Positions 1-11,776 of a stretch of DNA of 64,000 nt are shown piece by piece. The notes under the pieces are model-generated. The model was not told the origin of the DNA. It did no database searches and was given only the letters and a program-made list of their open reading frames with translations. Position numbers and translations under genes: made by a program. Positions within the stretch are counted from its first letter, which is position 1. Each line of letters opens with the position of its first letter. The DNA is taken from positions 9,052,001 through 9,116,000 of the forward strand of contig OZ316776.1 of assembly GCA_973851085.1 (NCBI GenBank). The letters run 5' to 3'. The DNA is from Ptychomitrium polyphyllum (Eukaryota).

Positions 1-195
1 CGACCGGAGTGACACAAGGAAATACAGGGGAGACAGGGGATACAGAGTCGGGACGCGATAGGGGACGGCGAGGGGCTTCAAGCGGGGGCCAGCCCGAATC
101 GCAGAGGAGCCTTGGCTCGGAGGATAGTTAGTGACGAGAGCTGAGCGCACGATTTGTCTCGCGAGAACGGGACTTTTGCAGCTGTTTGGTTAGAT

Positions 196-2724
196 ATGGA
201 TGCCGCCGCACACACAGCCTCGACGTCGATGCTAGCGCCGTCAGTGTCATTGCGACCGGGAGGGGGGAGGTCAGTGGCGTTTCGGCCGTTCGGAGGGGGG
301 AGTGGCGTAAGTGGAGCAGGTCGGGACGGAGGAGCGACTGGGACGCGTGCGGGGCCGCAGGGGGAGGGATTTGAGAACCCTAATGCCGGGAGATTTGTGA
401 GGGGGCCTGTGCACGGGAGCTTTGTGCGAAGCTCCCGGGAGAGGATCCGGTATGGGCGAGAGGAGTTGTTCAAGTTTAGAGACGCCTGCACCGAGGCACC
501 GGAGGAGCTGGTAAACTCGGGGATCGATGGTTTGATTAACACCGCTGGCGGGGAGGACGACTGGAGTCGGAGGGAGCCTAGGGATTTGCCGCAGCCGCCC
601 ACGCCCCGGGTTGTGGAGCCGGACACGAGAGATTGGAAGGCTCGGGCGCCGGCCCCGGCGCCTGCCCCAGCGCAGGAGGAGAGATCCTCGTCGCGCGAGC
701 AGCAGCGGGACAGGAACCCTAAGCAGCGCAATGAGAGGAGCGAGAGGGGCGAGAGGGGTGACAATCGCGGCCCCCGCGAGCAGGCGAATTCGGCCCAGGC
801 GCAGAGGCAGGCGGAGAGCGCCCCCGCGGGCCCGCCGCCCGCAATTGTGAAGGCGGCCAATCCGTGGTCGGCCCGGAGGGGCGCGCAGTCGGAGAAGGAG
901 AAGGTGTACCGGACGGTGAAGGGCATCCTGAACAAGCTGACGCCGGAGAAGTACGATCTGCTGGCGGAGCAGATGATGCAGGCGGGGATCAGCTCGGCCG
1001 AGATCCTGCAGGGCGTAATTTCGCTCATCTTCGACAAGGCGGTGTTGGAGCCGACGTTCTGCGCCATGTACGCGCAGCTGTGCGTGCAGCTGAGCAAGGA
1101 GCTGCCGGAGTTCCCGGCGGAGCAGGCCGGGGAGAAGCCGATAACGTTCCGGCGGGTGCTGCTGAACACGTGCCAGGAGGAGTTCGAGGGCGCGGACGCG
1201 CTGCGGGAGGAGATCAAGAAGCTGACGAAGCCTGAGCAGGCGGTGGAGCGGGACGAGAAGGAGAAGAGGGTGAAATTGCGGACGCTGGGGAACATCAAGC
1301 TGATCGGCGAGCTGTTCAAGCAGAAAATGCTGCCGGAGAAGATCGTGCACGCGTGCATCCAGGAGCTGCTGGGGCAGGACCCGAAGGCGACCCCGGCGGA
1401 GGAGAACGTGGAGGCGCTGTGTCACCTGTTCACGACGGTGGGGAAGCAGCTGGAGGAGAGCGCGAAGTCGAAGATGGCGTTCGACACGTACTTCGCCCGG
1501 CTGAAGGCGATCGGGGAGAGCAGGGGGCTGCCGTCGCGGATCCGGTTCATGGTGCGCGACATTCTGGACATGAGGTCGAACAAGTGGGTGCCCCGGCGCG
1601 AGGAGATGAAGGCGAAGACGATCAACGAGATCCATGCGGAGGCGGAGGCGAAATTAGGTCTGCGGCCGGGGATGATGGCATTGCGGAACGGGAGAGCGCC
1701 CGCGCTGCCCGGGTTCACGCCCGGCGCAGGAGGGATGATGCCTGGGATGCCGGGAATGCCTGGAATGCCCGGAGGTGCGATGCCCGGGGCCCCGATGATG
1801 GGGAGCTTCCTGGGGCCGGGGCTGGAGGCGGACGGATGGGAGACGGTGAGCACAGCACGGCGGAGCAGGAAGGACAGCACGGGGGTGCTGCCAATGCCGG
1901 GAGGAGGAAGCATCGGGGGCATGGGCAGCGGGGCGATGCCGGGAGCGCCGGGCGGGGGGCAGGCGCGGTTCGGGTCGCCGTCGATGCGGGCGGGCGGCGT
2001 GGGCGCGAGAGTGCTTCCGCAGGGCAGCGGGGGGTACGGGTTCATGGGCAAGCCGAGCGCGCTGCTGGGGACGGGGCCGCCGAAGTCGGTGGCGGAGGTG
2101 CCCAAGGCAGCGGAGGCAGTGAAGGAGGTGGCGCGGCCGGCGCCCGCAGCGGCAGCGGCCGCGGCCGCCGCCGCTCCGTCGGCGGATCTGACGAAGAAGT
2201 CGGAGTCGCTGCTGAAGGAGTACTTTTCGATCGTGGACCTGAACGAGGCCGCGCTGTGCGTGCAAGAGCTGAAGAGCGCGGCGTTCCATCCGGAGTTGGT
2301 GAGGCTGGCGATCGCAACGGCGCTGGACATGCGGGAGAAGGAGTGCAGCCTGGTGCTGAAGCTGCTGGCGCACCTGCAGTCGAAGGGGGTGGTGTCGAGC
2401 TCGGAGGTGAGGGGTGGCGTGTTGCTGGTAGCGGAGGGGCTGGAGGACATGGCGATGGATGCGCCGCTGGCACCGAAGCGGCTGGGAGGCATGATCGCAG
2501 GGCTGGTGCTGGCGGGAGCGTGCGAGCTGGTGTTGGTGGAGGAGGCGACGGCGAAGGTGGAGGACGAGGTCTTGCAAAAGGACGTGGTGAAGGCCGTAGT
2601 GGATACGTTGAAGTCGAAGGAGAACGAGGTACAGCTGGGGGAGGTGTGCGGGAGTGCTTCGGTGGACAAGGAGGGTCTATTGAGCGTGACAGTGGGAAGC
2701 GACCTTGCGAAGCTGTTTAGCTGA
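196..2724 (+). CDS. eIF(iso)4G: Translation initiation factor eIF(iso)4G, copy A (intronless CDS, 842 aa from ATG 196)
   Basis: eIF4E-binding-type motif RIRYGREELF; MIF4G domain (VKGILNKLTPEKY...FDKAVLEPTFCAMYAQLC...TLGNIKLIGELFKQKM); C-terminal MA3 domain (SLLKEYFSIVDLNEAALCVQELK). The first in-frame ATG is at 196. Confidence 0.95.
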   Translation: MDAAAHTASTSMLAPSVSLRPGGGRSVAFRPFGGGSGVSGAGRDGGATGTRAGPQGEGFENPNAGRFVRGPVHGSFVRSSRERIRYGREELFKFRDACTEAPEELVNSGIDGLINTAGGEDDWSRREPRDLPQPPTPRVVEPDTRDWKARAPAPAPAPAQEERSSSREQQRDRNPKQRNERSERGERGDNRGPREQANSAQAQRQAESAPAGPPPAIVKAANPWSARRGAQSEKEKVYRTVKGILNKLTPEKYDLLAEQMMQAGISSAEILQGVISLIFDKAVLEPTFCAMYAQLCVQLSKELPEFPAEQAGEKPITFRRVLLNTCQEEFEGADALREEIKKLTKPEQAVERDEKEKRVKLRTLGNIKLIGELFKQKMLPEKIVHACIQELLGQDPKATPAEENVEALCHLFTTVGKQLEESAKSKMAFDTYFARLKAIGESRGLPSRIRFMVRDILDMRSNKWVPRREEMKAKTINEIHAEAEAKLGLRPGMMALRNGRAPALPGFTPGAGGMMPGMPGMPGMPGGAMPGAPMMGSFLGPGLEADGWETVSTARRSRKDSTGVLPMPGGGSIGGMGSGAMPGAPGGGQARFGSPSMRAGGVGARVLPQGSGGYGFMGKPSALLGTGPPKSVAEVPKAAEAVKEVARPAPAAAAAAAAAAPSADLTKKSESLLKEYFSIVDLNEAALCVQELKSAAFHPELVRLAIATALDMREKECSLVLKLLAHLQSKGVVSSSEVRGGVLLVAEGLEDMAMDAPLAPKRLGGMIAGLVLAGACELVLVEEATAKVEDEVLQKDVVKAVVDTLKSKENEVQLGEVCGSASVDKEGLLSVTVGSDLAKLFS

Positions 2725-5700
2725 GGTTTGGTAGTTAGATTAATTCGAGTATTGACCGATGGGTTTGATCATAATTGTTCTAGAAGATTGATATGGCTAT
2801 ATCTCTTTGGTCCTGAGGATAGGTATTATGTCTTGTATCCTTAGTCTTATAGCATAATGTGCTGCGCATGTTCTGAGGTATTCTAGTGATGTAATTCAGT
2901 TGTTCCTCTGTTTTTTGAGGCTTGCGAAACGTTGTTTTTGCTCCGAGTTTTAGCATGAATTGTTTTCCGGATTTCCGCACCTCACACCTCGACTTCTAAT
3001 TATAATTCTGCATCAATTGAATACTTGGAGGAGACAGTGGTACTTTTTCGGAATTATGTTTTTGAATGTGTTGCATACGGGTATGGGCTTCTAATTTTTA
3101 GAGGTTTGGCCTTTCTGCAGTATAATTATATGTTTACCTTCGAATCCAGTGGGTTTGATTTTTCGTCACAGTGGATTCACTTCACAGAAATGATTATTGA
3201 AGTCTAGATTATGCTTCAGAAATTTTCCATGGAGTTGTCAGATATTTCATTTGCATCTGGCTTCTGGTTGCGAGTGTAGTTGAAGTGTTTTGGACGTCAA
3301 GCATATGGTACATGGTTTCTTTTTGTGTTGCCTGGTTTGGTTTTCATTTTGGATTAATAATTTTTATTTAATCATCAATGCATCTACTCTTCTTTTCTAT
3401 GATAACTGAGAAAGCAAATCTCACAAATATAAATTGAAGAGGTTGTATGAGACGGATATAACCGGTGCCAGCTCCTGGTAAATCATTATCGAAAGCCTCC
3501 GACGAAGAACGATCGTTTTTGTTTTCTAGTTTGATGAAGAAGCTACGCAACAAACTTTGCTTTACCCACCTACGTTTCTTGCATTCTATCCCCAAGACCA
3601 CGAATGATTACGAACGCCTATTGCAGGATCACGCTTGTAGGCTACAGCTTCCCTGAAAGAAAGACCAGAGTTGAAGATACTGTTGATTTTGATGTCTTCA
3701 CATGTTCTGCACATATGACAGATTAGTAGAACATACAGTAATTAAAATCTTATAAAACTGGAATATCTATGAGATTTGTTTAATAAAACAGACTACCTTG
3801 TGACATTGAAATTCTGGTCGATTTTGTGCAATGAAAGTCCATTCACAGAAGCAATTTTAGATGCCATTTACTAATGTGACAAACAGCTTGTTTATGCAGG
3901 CATTGGTAATGGCTCTGTCAGTGTTCGTCATGCCAAAACCTTATGACCAAGATCCTGACTTGCCCCATCTGCATACACATCGAGGATGTGCTTACAAAAT
4001 ATTTCTCCAAGCCTGTTTCGTTTCAATTCCAAATATCGTGTAATCGAACACAATTCAAAGTTATTGACGTCTTTACATTCTGAATTATTTCCATTTACTC
4101 TTCGTTGGTAAGACGAATCTACTAATAACGTGAAAGAAAATATGGTATTGTACATCAAAAACTCAACCCAAGGCAATTGCTACAAATCCCGCGAGACGTA
4201 ACCAAGCTAGACAAACCCAACCATCTCATTTTCTCCTTGTTCAGCTGTGACTCATTCTCATATCCCATAAACCCTGGAACAAAAGAAAATCGACTATCAT
4301 CCGTCAATAAAAGTCCAGATAGAACCACAATCCAGGACATGACCAATAAAACTAACCCCACAAAGCAACTCATACTCTGTAATCCATATTACAAAAGCCC
4401 TCTTCCAAGGTTTCTCTAACCACAGAATCACATTAAACTCTACAAAAGCGGTCCTAAGGTAAAATAAAAACTCCAACTCATAAACAACCAAAAAAGCGTA
4501 TGAGACAAAGGACCATAATATAACTCATCGCATTAAGAAAAATTTCACGAGTCCCAAAGAAATAGAGACAAAGCTAAAACTTAAAACATAACAACACCTC
4601 AGAATGAGTGTACATATCCTATAACGTAGAGACTAATTAATACGGAGAAGCAGTAAACCCCAACTCCAAAGACGTTGCTCACAGAGCCAAAACTGGGCTA
4701 TAGCAGCGTCCGATCTCTCTCAACTAAACANNNNNNNNNNNNNNNNNNNNNNNNNNNNNNNNNNNNNNNNNNNNNNNNNNNNNNNNNNNNNNNNNNNNNN
4801 NNNNNNNNNNNNNNNNNNNNNNNNNNNNNNCGTTGTTTTTTGCTCCGAGTTTTAGCATGAATTGTTTTCCGGATTTCCGCACCTCACACCTCGACTTCTA
4901 ATTATAATTCTGCATCAATTGAATACTTGGAGGAGACAGTGGTACTTTTTCGGAATTATGTTTTTGAATGTGTTGCATACGGGTATGGGCTTCTAATTTT
5001 TAGAGGTTTGGCCTTTCTGCAGTATAATTATATGTTACATCCCTTCAATCCAGTGGGTTTGATTTTTCGTCACAGTGGATTCACTTCACAGAAATGATTA
5101 TTGAAGTCTAGATTATGCTTCAGAAATTTTCCATGGAGTTGTCAGATATTTCATTGCATCTGGCTTCTGGTTGCGAGTGTAGTTGAAGTGTTTTGGACGT
5201 CAAGCATATGGTACATGGTTTCTTTTTGTGTTGCCTGGTTTGGTTTTCATTTTGGATTAATAATTTTTATTTAATCATCAATGCATCTACTCTTCTTTTC
5301 TATGATAACTGAGAAAGCAAATCTCACAAATATAAATTGAAGAGGTTGTATGAGACGGATATAACCGGTGCCAGCTCCTGGTAAATCATTATCGAAAGCC
5401 TCCGACGAAGAACGATCGTTTTTGTTTTCTAGTTTGATGAAGAAGCTACGCAACAAACTTTGCTTTACCCACCTACGTTTCTTGCATTCTATCCCCAAGA
5501 CCACGAATGATTACGAACGCCTATTGCAGGATCACGCTTGTAGGCTACAGCTTCCCTGAAAGAAAGACCAGAGTTGAAGATACTGTTGATTTTGATGTCT
5601 TCACATGTTCTGCACATATGACAGATTAGTAGAACATACAGTAATTAAAATCTTATAAAACTGGAATATCTATGAGATTTGTTTAATAAAACAGACTACC

Positions 5701-8700
5701 TTGTGACATTGAAATTCTGGTCGATTTTGTGCAATGAAAGTCCATTCACAGAAGCAATTTTAGATGCCATTTACTAATGTGACAAACAGCTTGTTTATGC
5801 AGGCATTGGTAATGGCTCTGTCAGTGTTCGTCATGCCAAAACCTTATGACCAAGATCCTGACTTGCCCCATCTGCATACACATCGAGGATGTGCTTACAA
5901 AATATTTCTCCAAGCCTGTTTCGTTTCAATTCCAAATATCGTGTAATCGAACACAATTCAAAGTTATTGACGTCTTTACATTCTGAATTATTTCCATTTA
6001 CTCTTCGTTGGTAAGACGAATCTACTAATAACGTGAAAGAAAATATGGTATTGTACATCAAAAACTCAACCCAAGGCAATTGCTACAAATCCCGCGAGAC
6101 GTAACCAAGCTAGACAAACCCAACCATCTCATTTTCTCCTTGTTCAGCTGTGACTCATTCTCATATCCCATAAACCCTGGAACAAAAGAAAATCGACTAT
6201 CATCCGTCAATAAAAGTCCAGATAGAACCACAATCCAGGACATGACCAATAAAACTAACCCCACAAAGCAACTCATACTCTGTAATCCATATTACAAAAG
6301 CCCTCTTCCAAGGTTTCTCTAACCACAGAATCACATTAAACTCTACAAAAGCGGTCCTAAGGTAAAATAAAAACTCCAACTCATAAACAACCAAAAAAGC
6401 GTATGAGACAAAGGACCATAATATAACTCATCGCATTAAGAAAAATTTCACGAGTCCCAAAGAAATAGAGACAAAGCTAAAACTTAAAACATAACAACAC
6501 CTCAGAATGAGTGTACATATCCTATAACGTAGAGACTAATTAATACGGAGAAGCAGTAAACCCCAACTCCAAAGACGTTGCTCACAGAGCCAAAACTGGG
6601 CTATAGCAGCGTCCGATCTCTCTCAACTAAACAGCTTCGCAAGGTCGCTTCCCACTGTCACGCTCAATAGACCCTCCTTGTCCACCGAAGCACTCCCGCA
6701 CACCTCCCCCAGCTGTACCTCGTTCTCCTTCGACTTCAACGTATCCACTACGGCCTTCACCACGTCCTTTTGCAAGACCTCGTCCTCCACCTTCGCCGTC
6801 GCCTCCTCCACCAACACCAGCTCGCACGCTCCCGCCAGCACCAGCCCTGCGATCATGCCTCCCAGCCGCTTCGGTGCCAGCGGCGCATCCATCGCCATGT
6901 CCTCCAGCCCCTCCGCTACCAGCAACACGCCACCCCTCACCTCCGAGCTCGACACCACCCCCTTCGACTGCAGGTGCGCCAGCAGCTTCAGCACCAGGCT
7001 GCACTCCTTCTCCCGCATGTCCAGCGCCGTTGCGATCGCCAGCCTCACCAACTCCGGATGGAACGCCGCGCTCTTCAGCTCTTGCACGCACAGCGCGGCC
7101 TCGTTCAGGTCCACGATCGAAAAGTACTCCTTCAGCAGCGACTCCGACTTCTTCGTCAGATCCGCCGACGGAGCGGCGGCGGCCGCGGCCGCTGCCGCTG
7201 CGGGCGCCGGCCGCGCCACCTCCTTCACTGCCTCCGCTGCCTTGGGCACCTCCGCCACCGACTTCGGCGGCCCCGTCCCCAGCAGCGCGCTCGGCTTGCC
7301 CATGAACCCGTACCCCCCGCTGCCCTGCGGAAGCACTCTCGCGCCCACGCCGCCCGCCCGCATCGACGGCGACCCGAACCGCGCCTGCCCCCCGCCCGGC
7401 GCTCCCGGCATCGCCCCGCTGCCCATGCCCCCGATGCTTCCTCCTCCCGGCATTGGCAGCACCCCCGTGCTGTCCTTCCTGCTCCGCCGTGCTGTGCTCA
7501 CCGTCTCCCATCCGTCCGCCTCCAGCCCCGGCCCCAGGAAGCTCCCCATCATCGGGGCCCCGGGCATCGCACCTCCGGGCATTCCAGGCATTCCCGGCAT
7601 CCCAGGCATCATCCCTCCTGCGCCGGGCGTGAACCCGGGCAGCGCGGGCGCTCTCCCGTTCCGCAATGCCATCATCCCCGGCCGCAGACCTAATTTCGCC
7701 TCCGCCTCCGCATGGATCTCGTTGATCGTCTTCGCCTTCATCTCCTCGCGCCGGGGCACCCACTTGTTCGACCTCATGTCCAGAATGTCGCGCACCATGA
7801 ACCGGATCCGCGACGGCAGCCCCCTGCTCTCCCCGATCGCCTTCAGCCGGGCGAAGTACGTGTCGAACGCCATCTTCGACTTCGCGCTCTCCTCCAGCTG
7901 CTTCCCCACCGTCGTGAACAGGTGACACAGCGCCTCCACGTTCTCCTCCGCCGGGGTCGCCTTCGGGTCCTGCCCCAGCAGCTCCTGGATGCACGCGTGC
8001 ACGATCTTCTCCGGCAGCATTTTCTGCTTGAACAGCTCGCCGATCAGCTTGATGTTCCCCAGCGTCCGCAATTTCACCCTCTTCTCCTTCTCGTCCCGCT
8101 CCACCGCCTGCTCAGGCTTCGTCAGCTTCTTGATCTCCTCCCGCAGCGCGTCCGCGCCCTCGAACTCCTCCTGGCACGTGTTCAGCAGCACCCGCCGGAA
8201 CGTTATCGGCTTCTCCCCGGCCTGCTCCGCCGGGAACTCCGGCAGCTCCTTGCTCAGCTGCACGCACAGCTGCGCGTACATGGCGCAGAACGTCGGCTCC
8301 AACACCGCCTTGTCGAAGATGAGCGAAATTACGCCCTGCAGGATCTCGGCCGAGCTGATCCCCGCCTGCATCATCTGCTCCGCCAGCAGATCGTACTTCT
8401 CCGGCGTCAGCTTGTTCAGGATGCCCTTCACCGTCCGGTACACCTTCTCCTTCTCCGACTGCGCGCCCCTCCGGGCCGACCACGGATTGGCCGCCTTCAC
8501 AATTGCGGGCGGCGGGCCCGCGGGGGCGCTCTCCGCCTGCCTCTGCGCCTGGGCCGAATTCGCCTGCTCGCGGGGGCCGCGATTGTCACCCCTCTCGCCC
8601 CTCTCGCTCCTCTCATTGCGCTGCTTAGGGTTCCTGTCCCGCTGCTGCTCGCGCGACGAGGATCTCTCCTCCTGCGCTGGGGCAGGCGCCGGGGCCGGCG

Positions 8701-8802
8701 CCCGAGCCTTCCAATCTCTCGTGTCCGGCTCCACAACCCGGGGCGTGGGCGGCTGCGGCAAATCCCTAGGCTCCCTCCGACTCCAGTCGTCCTCCCCGCC
8801 AG
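545..8802. repeat. Inverted repeat; arms 545-2720 and 6627-8802 (2,176 bp each)
   Basis: The arm ends mirror exactly (545+8802 = 2720+6627). ORF-track translations in several frames are identical on both arms. Identity breaks at ctggcggggagg (5' side) and just before the stop codon (agc tga versus agt tga). Confidence 0.93.
2930..6633. repeat. Direct duplication 2930-4730 / 4831-6633 across a 100-N gap (4731-4830); probably an unmerged contig overlap
   Basis: Identical ORFs recur at an offset of 1903. The few differences I saw are small indels close to the start of the second contig. Confidence 0.9.
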
Positions 8803-9127
8803 GGCCAGCCGTCAAACCTTCAATCCCCGAGTTTACCAGCTCCTCCGGCGCTTCCGTGCACGCCTCCCGAAACTGCAACAGTCGATCCCTCGCATACCGA
8901 ATCCTCTCATGCGAACTCCTGACCGGCCTCTCAGCCGCCCGCATCACAAACTTACTCGTCGCAAAATTAGGGTTCGGTGTCGACTCGTCATGAAACGCAG
9001 TCTTGGTTCCATTCTGATTCGGTACACTATATGGCCGGAACGACAGAGATCTACCACCTCCTCCGGGACGCAAGGACACAGACGGAGGGGCACTCTGTGA
9101 GGAAGGCGGCGGCGCGGTGGCATCCAT
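6623..9127 (-). CDS. eIF(iso)4G: Translation initiation factor eIF(iso)4G, copy B (intronless CDS, 834 aa from ATG 9127)
   Basis: Starts MDATAPPPSS; eIF4E-binding-type motif RIRYARDRLL; MIF4G and MA3 domains identical to copy A. Confidence 0.95.
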   Translation of the reverse strand: MDATAPPPSSQSAPPSVSLRPGGGGRSLSFRPYSVPNQNGTKTAFHDESTPNPNFATSKFVMRAAERPVRSSHERIRYARDRLLQFREACTEAPEELVNSGIEGLTAGPGGEDDWSRREPRDLPQPPTPRVVEPDTRDWKARAPAPAPAPAQEERSSSREQQRDRNPKQRNERSERGERGDNRGPREQANSAQAQRQAESAPAGPPPAIVKAANPWSARRGAQSEKEKVYRTVKGILNKLTPEKYDLLAEQMMQAGISSAEILQGVISLIFDKAVLEPTFCAMYAQLCVQLSKELPEFPAEQAGEKPITFRRVLLNTCQEEFEGADALREEIKKLTKPEQAVERDEKEKRVKLRTLGNIKLIGELFKQKMLPEKIVHACIQELLGQDPKATPAEENVEALCHLFTTVGKQLEESAKSKMAFDTYFARLKAIGESRGLPSRIRFMVRDILDMRSNKWVPRREEMKAKTINEIHAEAEAKLGLRPGMMALRNGRAPALPGFTPGAGGMMPGMPGMPGMPGGAMPGAPMMGSFLGPGLEADGWETVSTARRSRKDSTGVLPMPGGGSIGGMGSGAMPGAPGGGQARFGSPSMRAGGVGARVLPQGSGGYGFMGKPSALLGTGPPKSVAEVPKAAEAVKEVARPAPAAAAAAAAAAPSADLTKKSESLLKEYFSIVDLNEAALCVQELKSAAFHPELVRLAIATALDMREKECSLVLKLLAHLQSKGVVSSSEVRGGVLLVAEGLEDMAMDAPLAPKRLGGMIAGLVLAGACELVLVEEATAKVEDEVLQKDVVKAVVDTLKSKENEVQLGEVCGSASVDKEGLLSVTVGSDLAKLFS

Positions 9128-11776
9128 AGCTGGGCGACAGCAGAGAAAAAAAGAAACACACAACGGCAGCCACAGAGCACAAGAAGCCACTCTCCCTCTC
9201 TCTCTCTCGGTCGCTCTCTCTGCACGGAGCCGGAGACCCTGCCCTTCCAAGTTCCCCTCTCACTGTCCCTCAAGTCCCTCGAACTTGTTTCCCGTCTTCG
9301 TCTAAGCTACTCAACCATGTGCAGCCGGGCTGCCCGCCAAGTCTGGCTTGCTTACCAACTTGGCTTGTGCCTCTGCTAAGCCTGCCGGACCGGTTCCGAG
9401 TCGTCTATGCGGAGCCCCTGAGTCGGCCTCGTCGCCGCTGCCCCTTCTCACTGCCGGAACCAAGTCACCTGTGAAACCATCGACTAACTTAACCTAGGGC
9501 TGATGAGATCACCTGCCTGGGCACTGCCGCATTGACCTTAGGACCGTAGAAACGGATTTTAGATGTGAGACGATACGGTATTGCGAGGTTCTGGGAATTG
9601 GTACGCCAGCATGTGCTGGCTCGTCATTAGGGGTTTGATATTGTGTTTTTATGTTATCTAACAGACGCGAGTTACGCTTGGTTTGATTTTCATAAAAATT
9701 GTTGAAGTGGGCAGAGTTAATTTTGGATGAATAATGTATAGTGTTTGGATTGGAGTGCAATTCACGAGGCTGTTTTTGGAATGCTTGTTGAAAAAAATAA
9801 AGTAGGTTCTTAGTGTATTAACTTGTAATACTATTGGATAATATATTATATTTTTGTTATGAAGTTATTATAATTTATCATGGTTTATATGTATAAGGTT
9901 TAAAACTTGAACATAATTGGATAATAATATGAATAATAACATGTATTTTTCTTTGGATTATTTATATTTGTTTTTACTTATGCCTTGTGCATCTTGAAAA
10001 GTATCTGAAATCTTTCATTATATATAAAATTATTTTATTACAACTTTTCATTATGAAAATTAATTATAGACTTATATTTTATATTCTTCTATCACAATGT
10101 ATATCTTTATTTAGAGATAATAATGGCTAAGATTTTAATTTTCTAAAGAATTTCGTATTTTTTATTAATAAGTTTTTTTTATATGATTTTAAAATCAAAC
10201 TAAATCTTATGTTATTAAAGTTTTAGTTAAAAACTTGAAATTTTTTAATCATACATTAAAATAGAATTTAAACTTCTTATACAAGTTTTACATTCATTAG
10301 CATCAATTACAGCAAGCAATGTTAAAAATTTAGGATTAATTCTAAGTTCACAATTCAAGCAAAACATTTTGTGACATAATAAAAAACCATATATCTTCAT
10401 GCATCTTTTGGTATTACAAAGGTATGTTTAGTACATGAGATTTAATTAAAGTGATATATATTAGTTGTAGGCAATATTTATGAAATTAGTTGGAATATTA
10501 TGAAGTTGACAAAGAAGTCTAATGATTCAATATTACCAAAAGATGATTCTAATAACTAAAGTAAATTTGACTCATCCCATTTTGTCTCTTAGAATTCCAA
10601 CATAATGCCATATTCCCTTTAACATATTCTTGATTCACATTCACTACAAGACACTTATACTTTAGAATAGTAATTGTGAATGGTGCATAAATTATGGCCT
10701 CCATGTTTGAAAGGAATCTCAAATATGTATATTGACCTACTGTTCACAAAGTTCACTACATTTTTACATTTTTACATTTTTACATTCAAAGGAAGACCTA
10801 AAAATGACATCTTCACAAATAACTAGGTCATTTGATCACGCTCAGAATCTGCCTATGAGCGTTGCTTCGCCAACCGAAGCCCTTCGAGGACATCTGAAGC
10901 GTGTTTGCTTCGACGACAGAGCTGGTGTTCAGAAGTGATGCTGTAACCTAATTGCAACGCCGCGCAGATGCCGGGCCGGGTTGCACCGTTTCACGACCAT
11001 CGCGGGTTGGATCGGCATGTAATCCTAACGGGTTCCAGCAGACGAATAACGGGCCCTTTTTCCACGAAGCTCAACTCGCCCTTGACATGAAGCTGGGGAA
11101 ACTTGCCAGTTCCACTATCCTAGTGATACCTAGGCTATACTCAGCCGATACTAGTGCAATTTAGGTGCAATTCTCTGGCGGGTATTTTCTTTCTCTCTCC
11201 TCTTTCCTCCTCACTTAGGGGGCAGTTCGGGGAAGCTTGCATTACTCCAAAACTATACTCTCTCTAGACCGGTACTGCATCCGAAACGGGCACTATCGAA
11301 TACTGCTAAATTAAATTCTAGAAAATGTAGAGAATGTCGGTTGCAGCTTCTGTGACACATATCGGACACCACCTTTGTCTTTTTTGGAATTTATAACGTG
11401 CATCGAAGGTTTATGTCCGTTTTGGGTGCAGTGACGTTGTTGTGTTTCCAATTTAATTCGGTTTATATCTGCATGATACACAGCAGATACTAGTGTAGTG
11501 CCCCGGTGATATTTAGGCGGGTGTGTTGTCCTTCTCTGCTCTCTGGTTATGATCTCGCTCCTCTTTTTGAGTGAGAACAAAGTCTCAGAGCTCATATTAA
11601 AGAGCGCAAGGCGAGCGCGAGGTGAGGGCGAGAGTGACCGATTGCGGAGCGGTTGCGTATCCGTGTTCTGTTCGAATGTGGAAGTTTGTCTTTTTGGAGT
11701 GGGTGTTGTAGAGGGGAAAAAGAAGAGGTTTGGAGTTGGTTTTGTCCTCAGTTTGGTTGCTGGGAGGGTTTGAGTG

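Noticed and set aside
2930..6633. 1.8-kb tandem duplication as a real genomic duplication
   Set aside because: It flanks an exactly 100-N gap, the copies are near-identical, and the differences cluster at the contig edge. This is typical of an unmerged overlap.
78..9305. Long alternative-frame and antisense ORFs (300-460 aa) over the eIF(iso)4G genes
   Set aside because: Shadow ORFs caused by high GC and codon bias; no recognisable domains.
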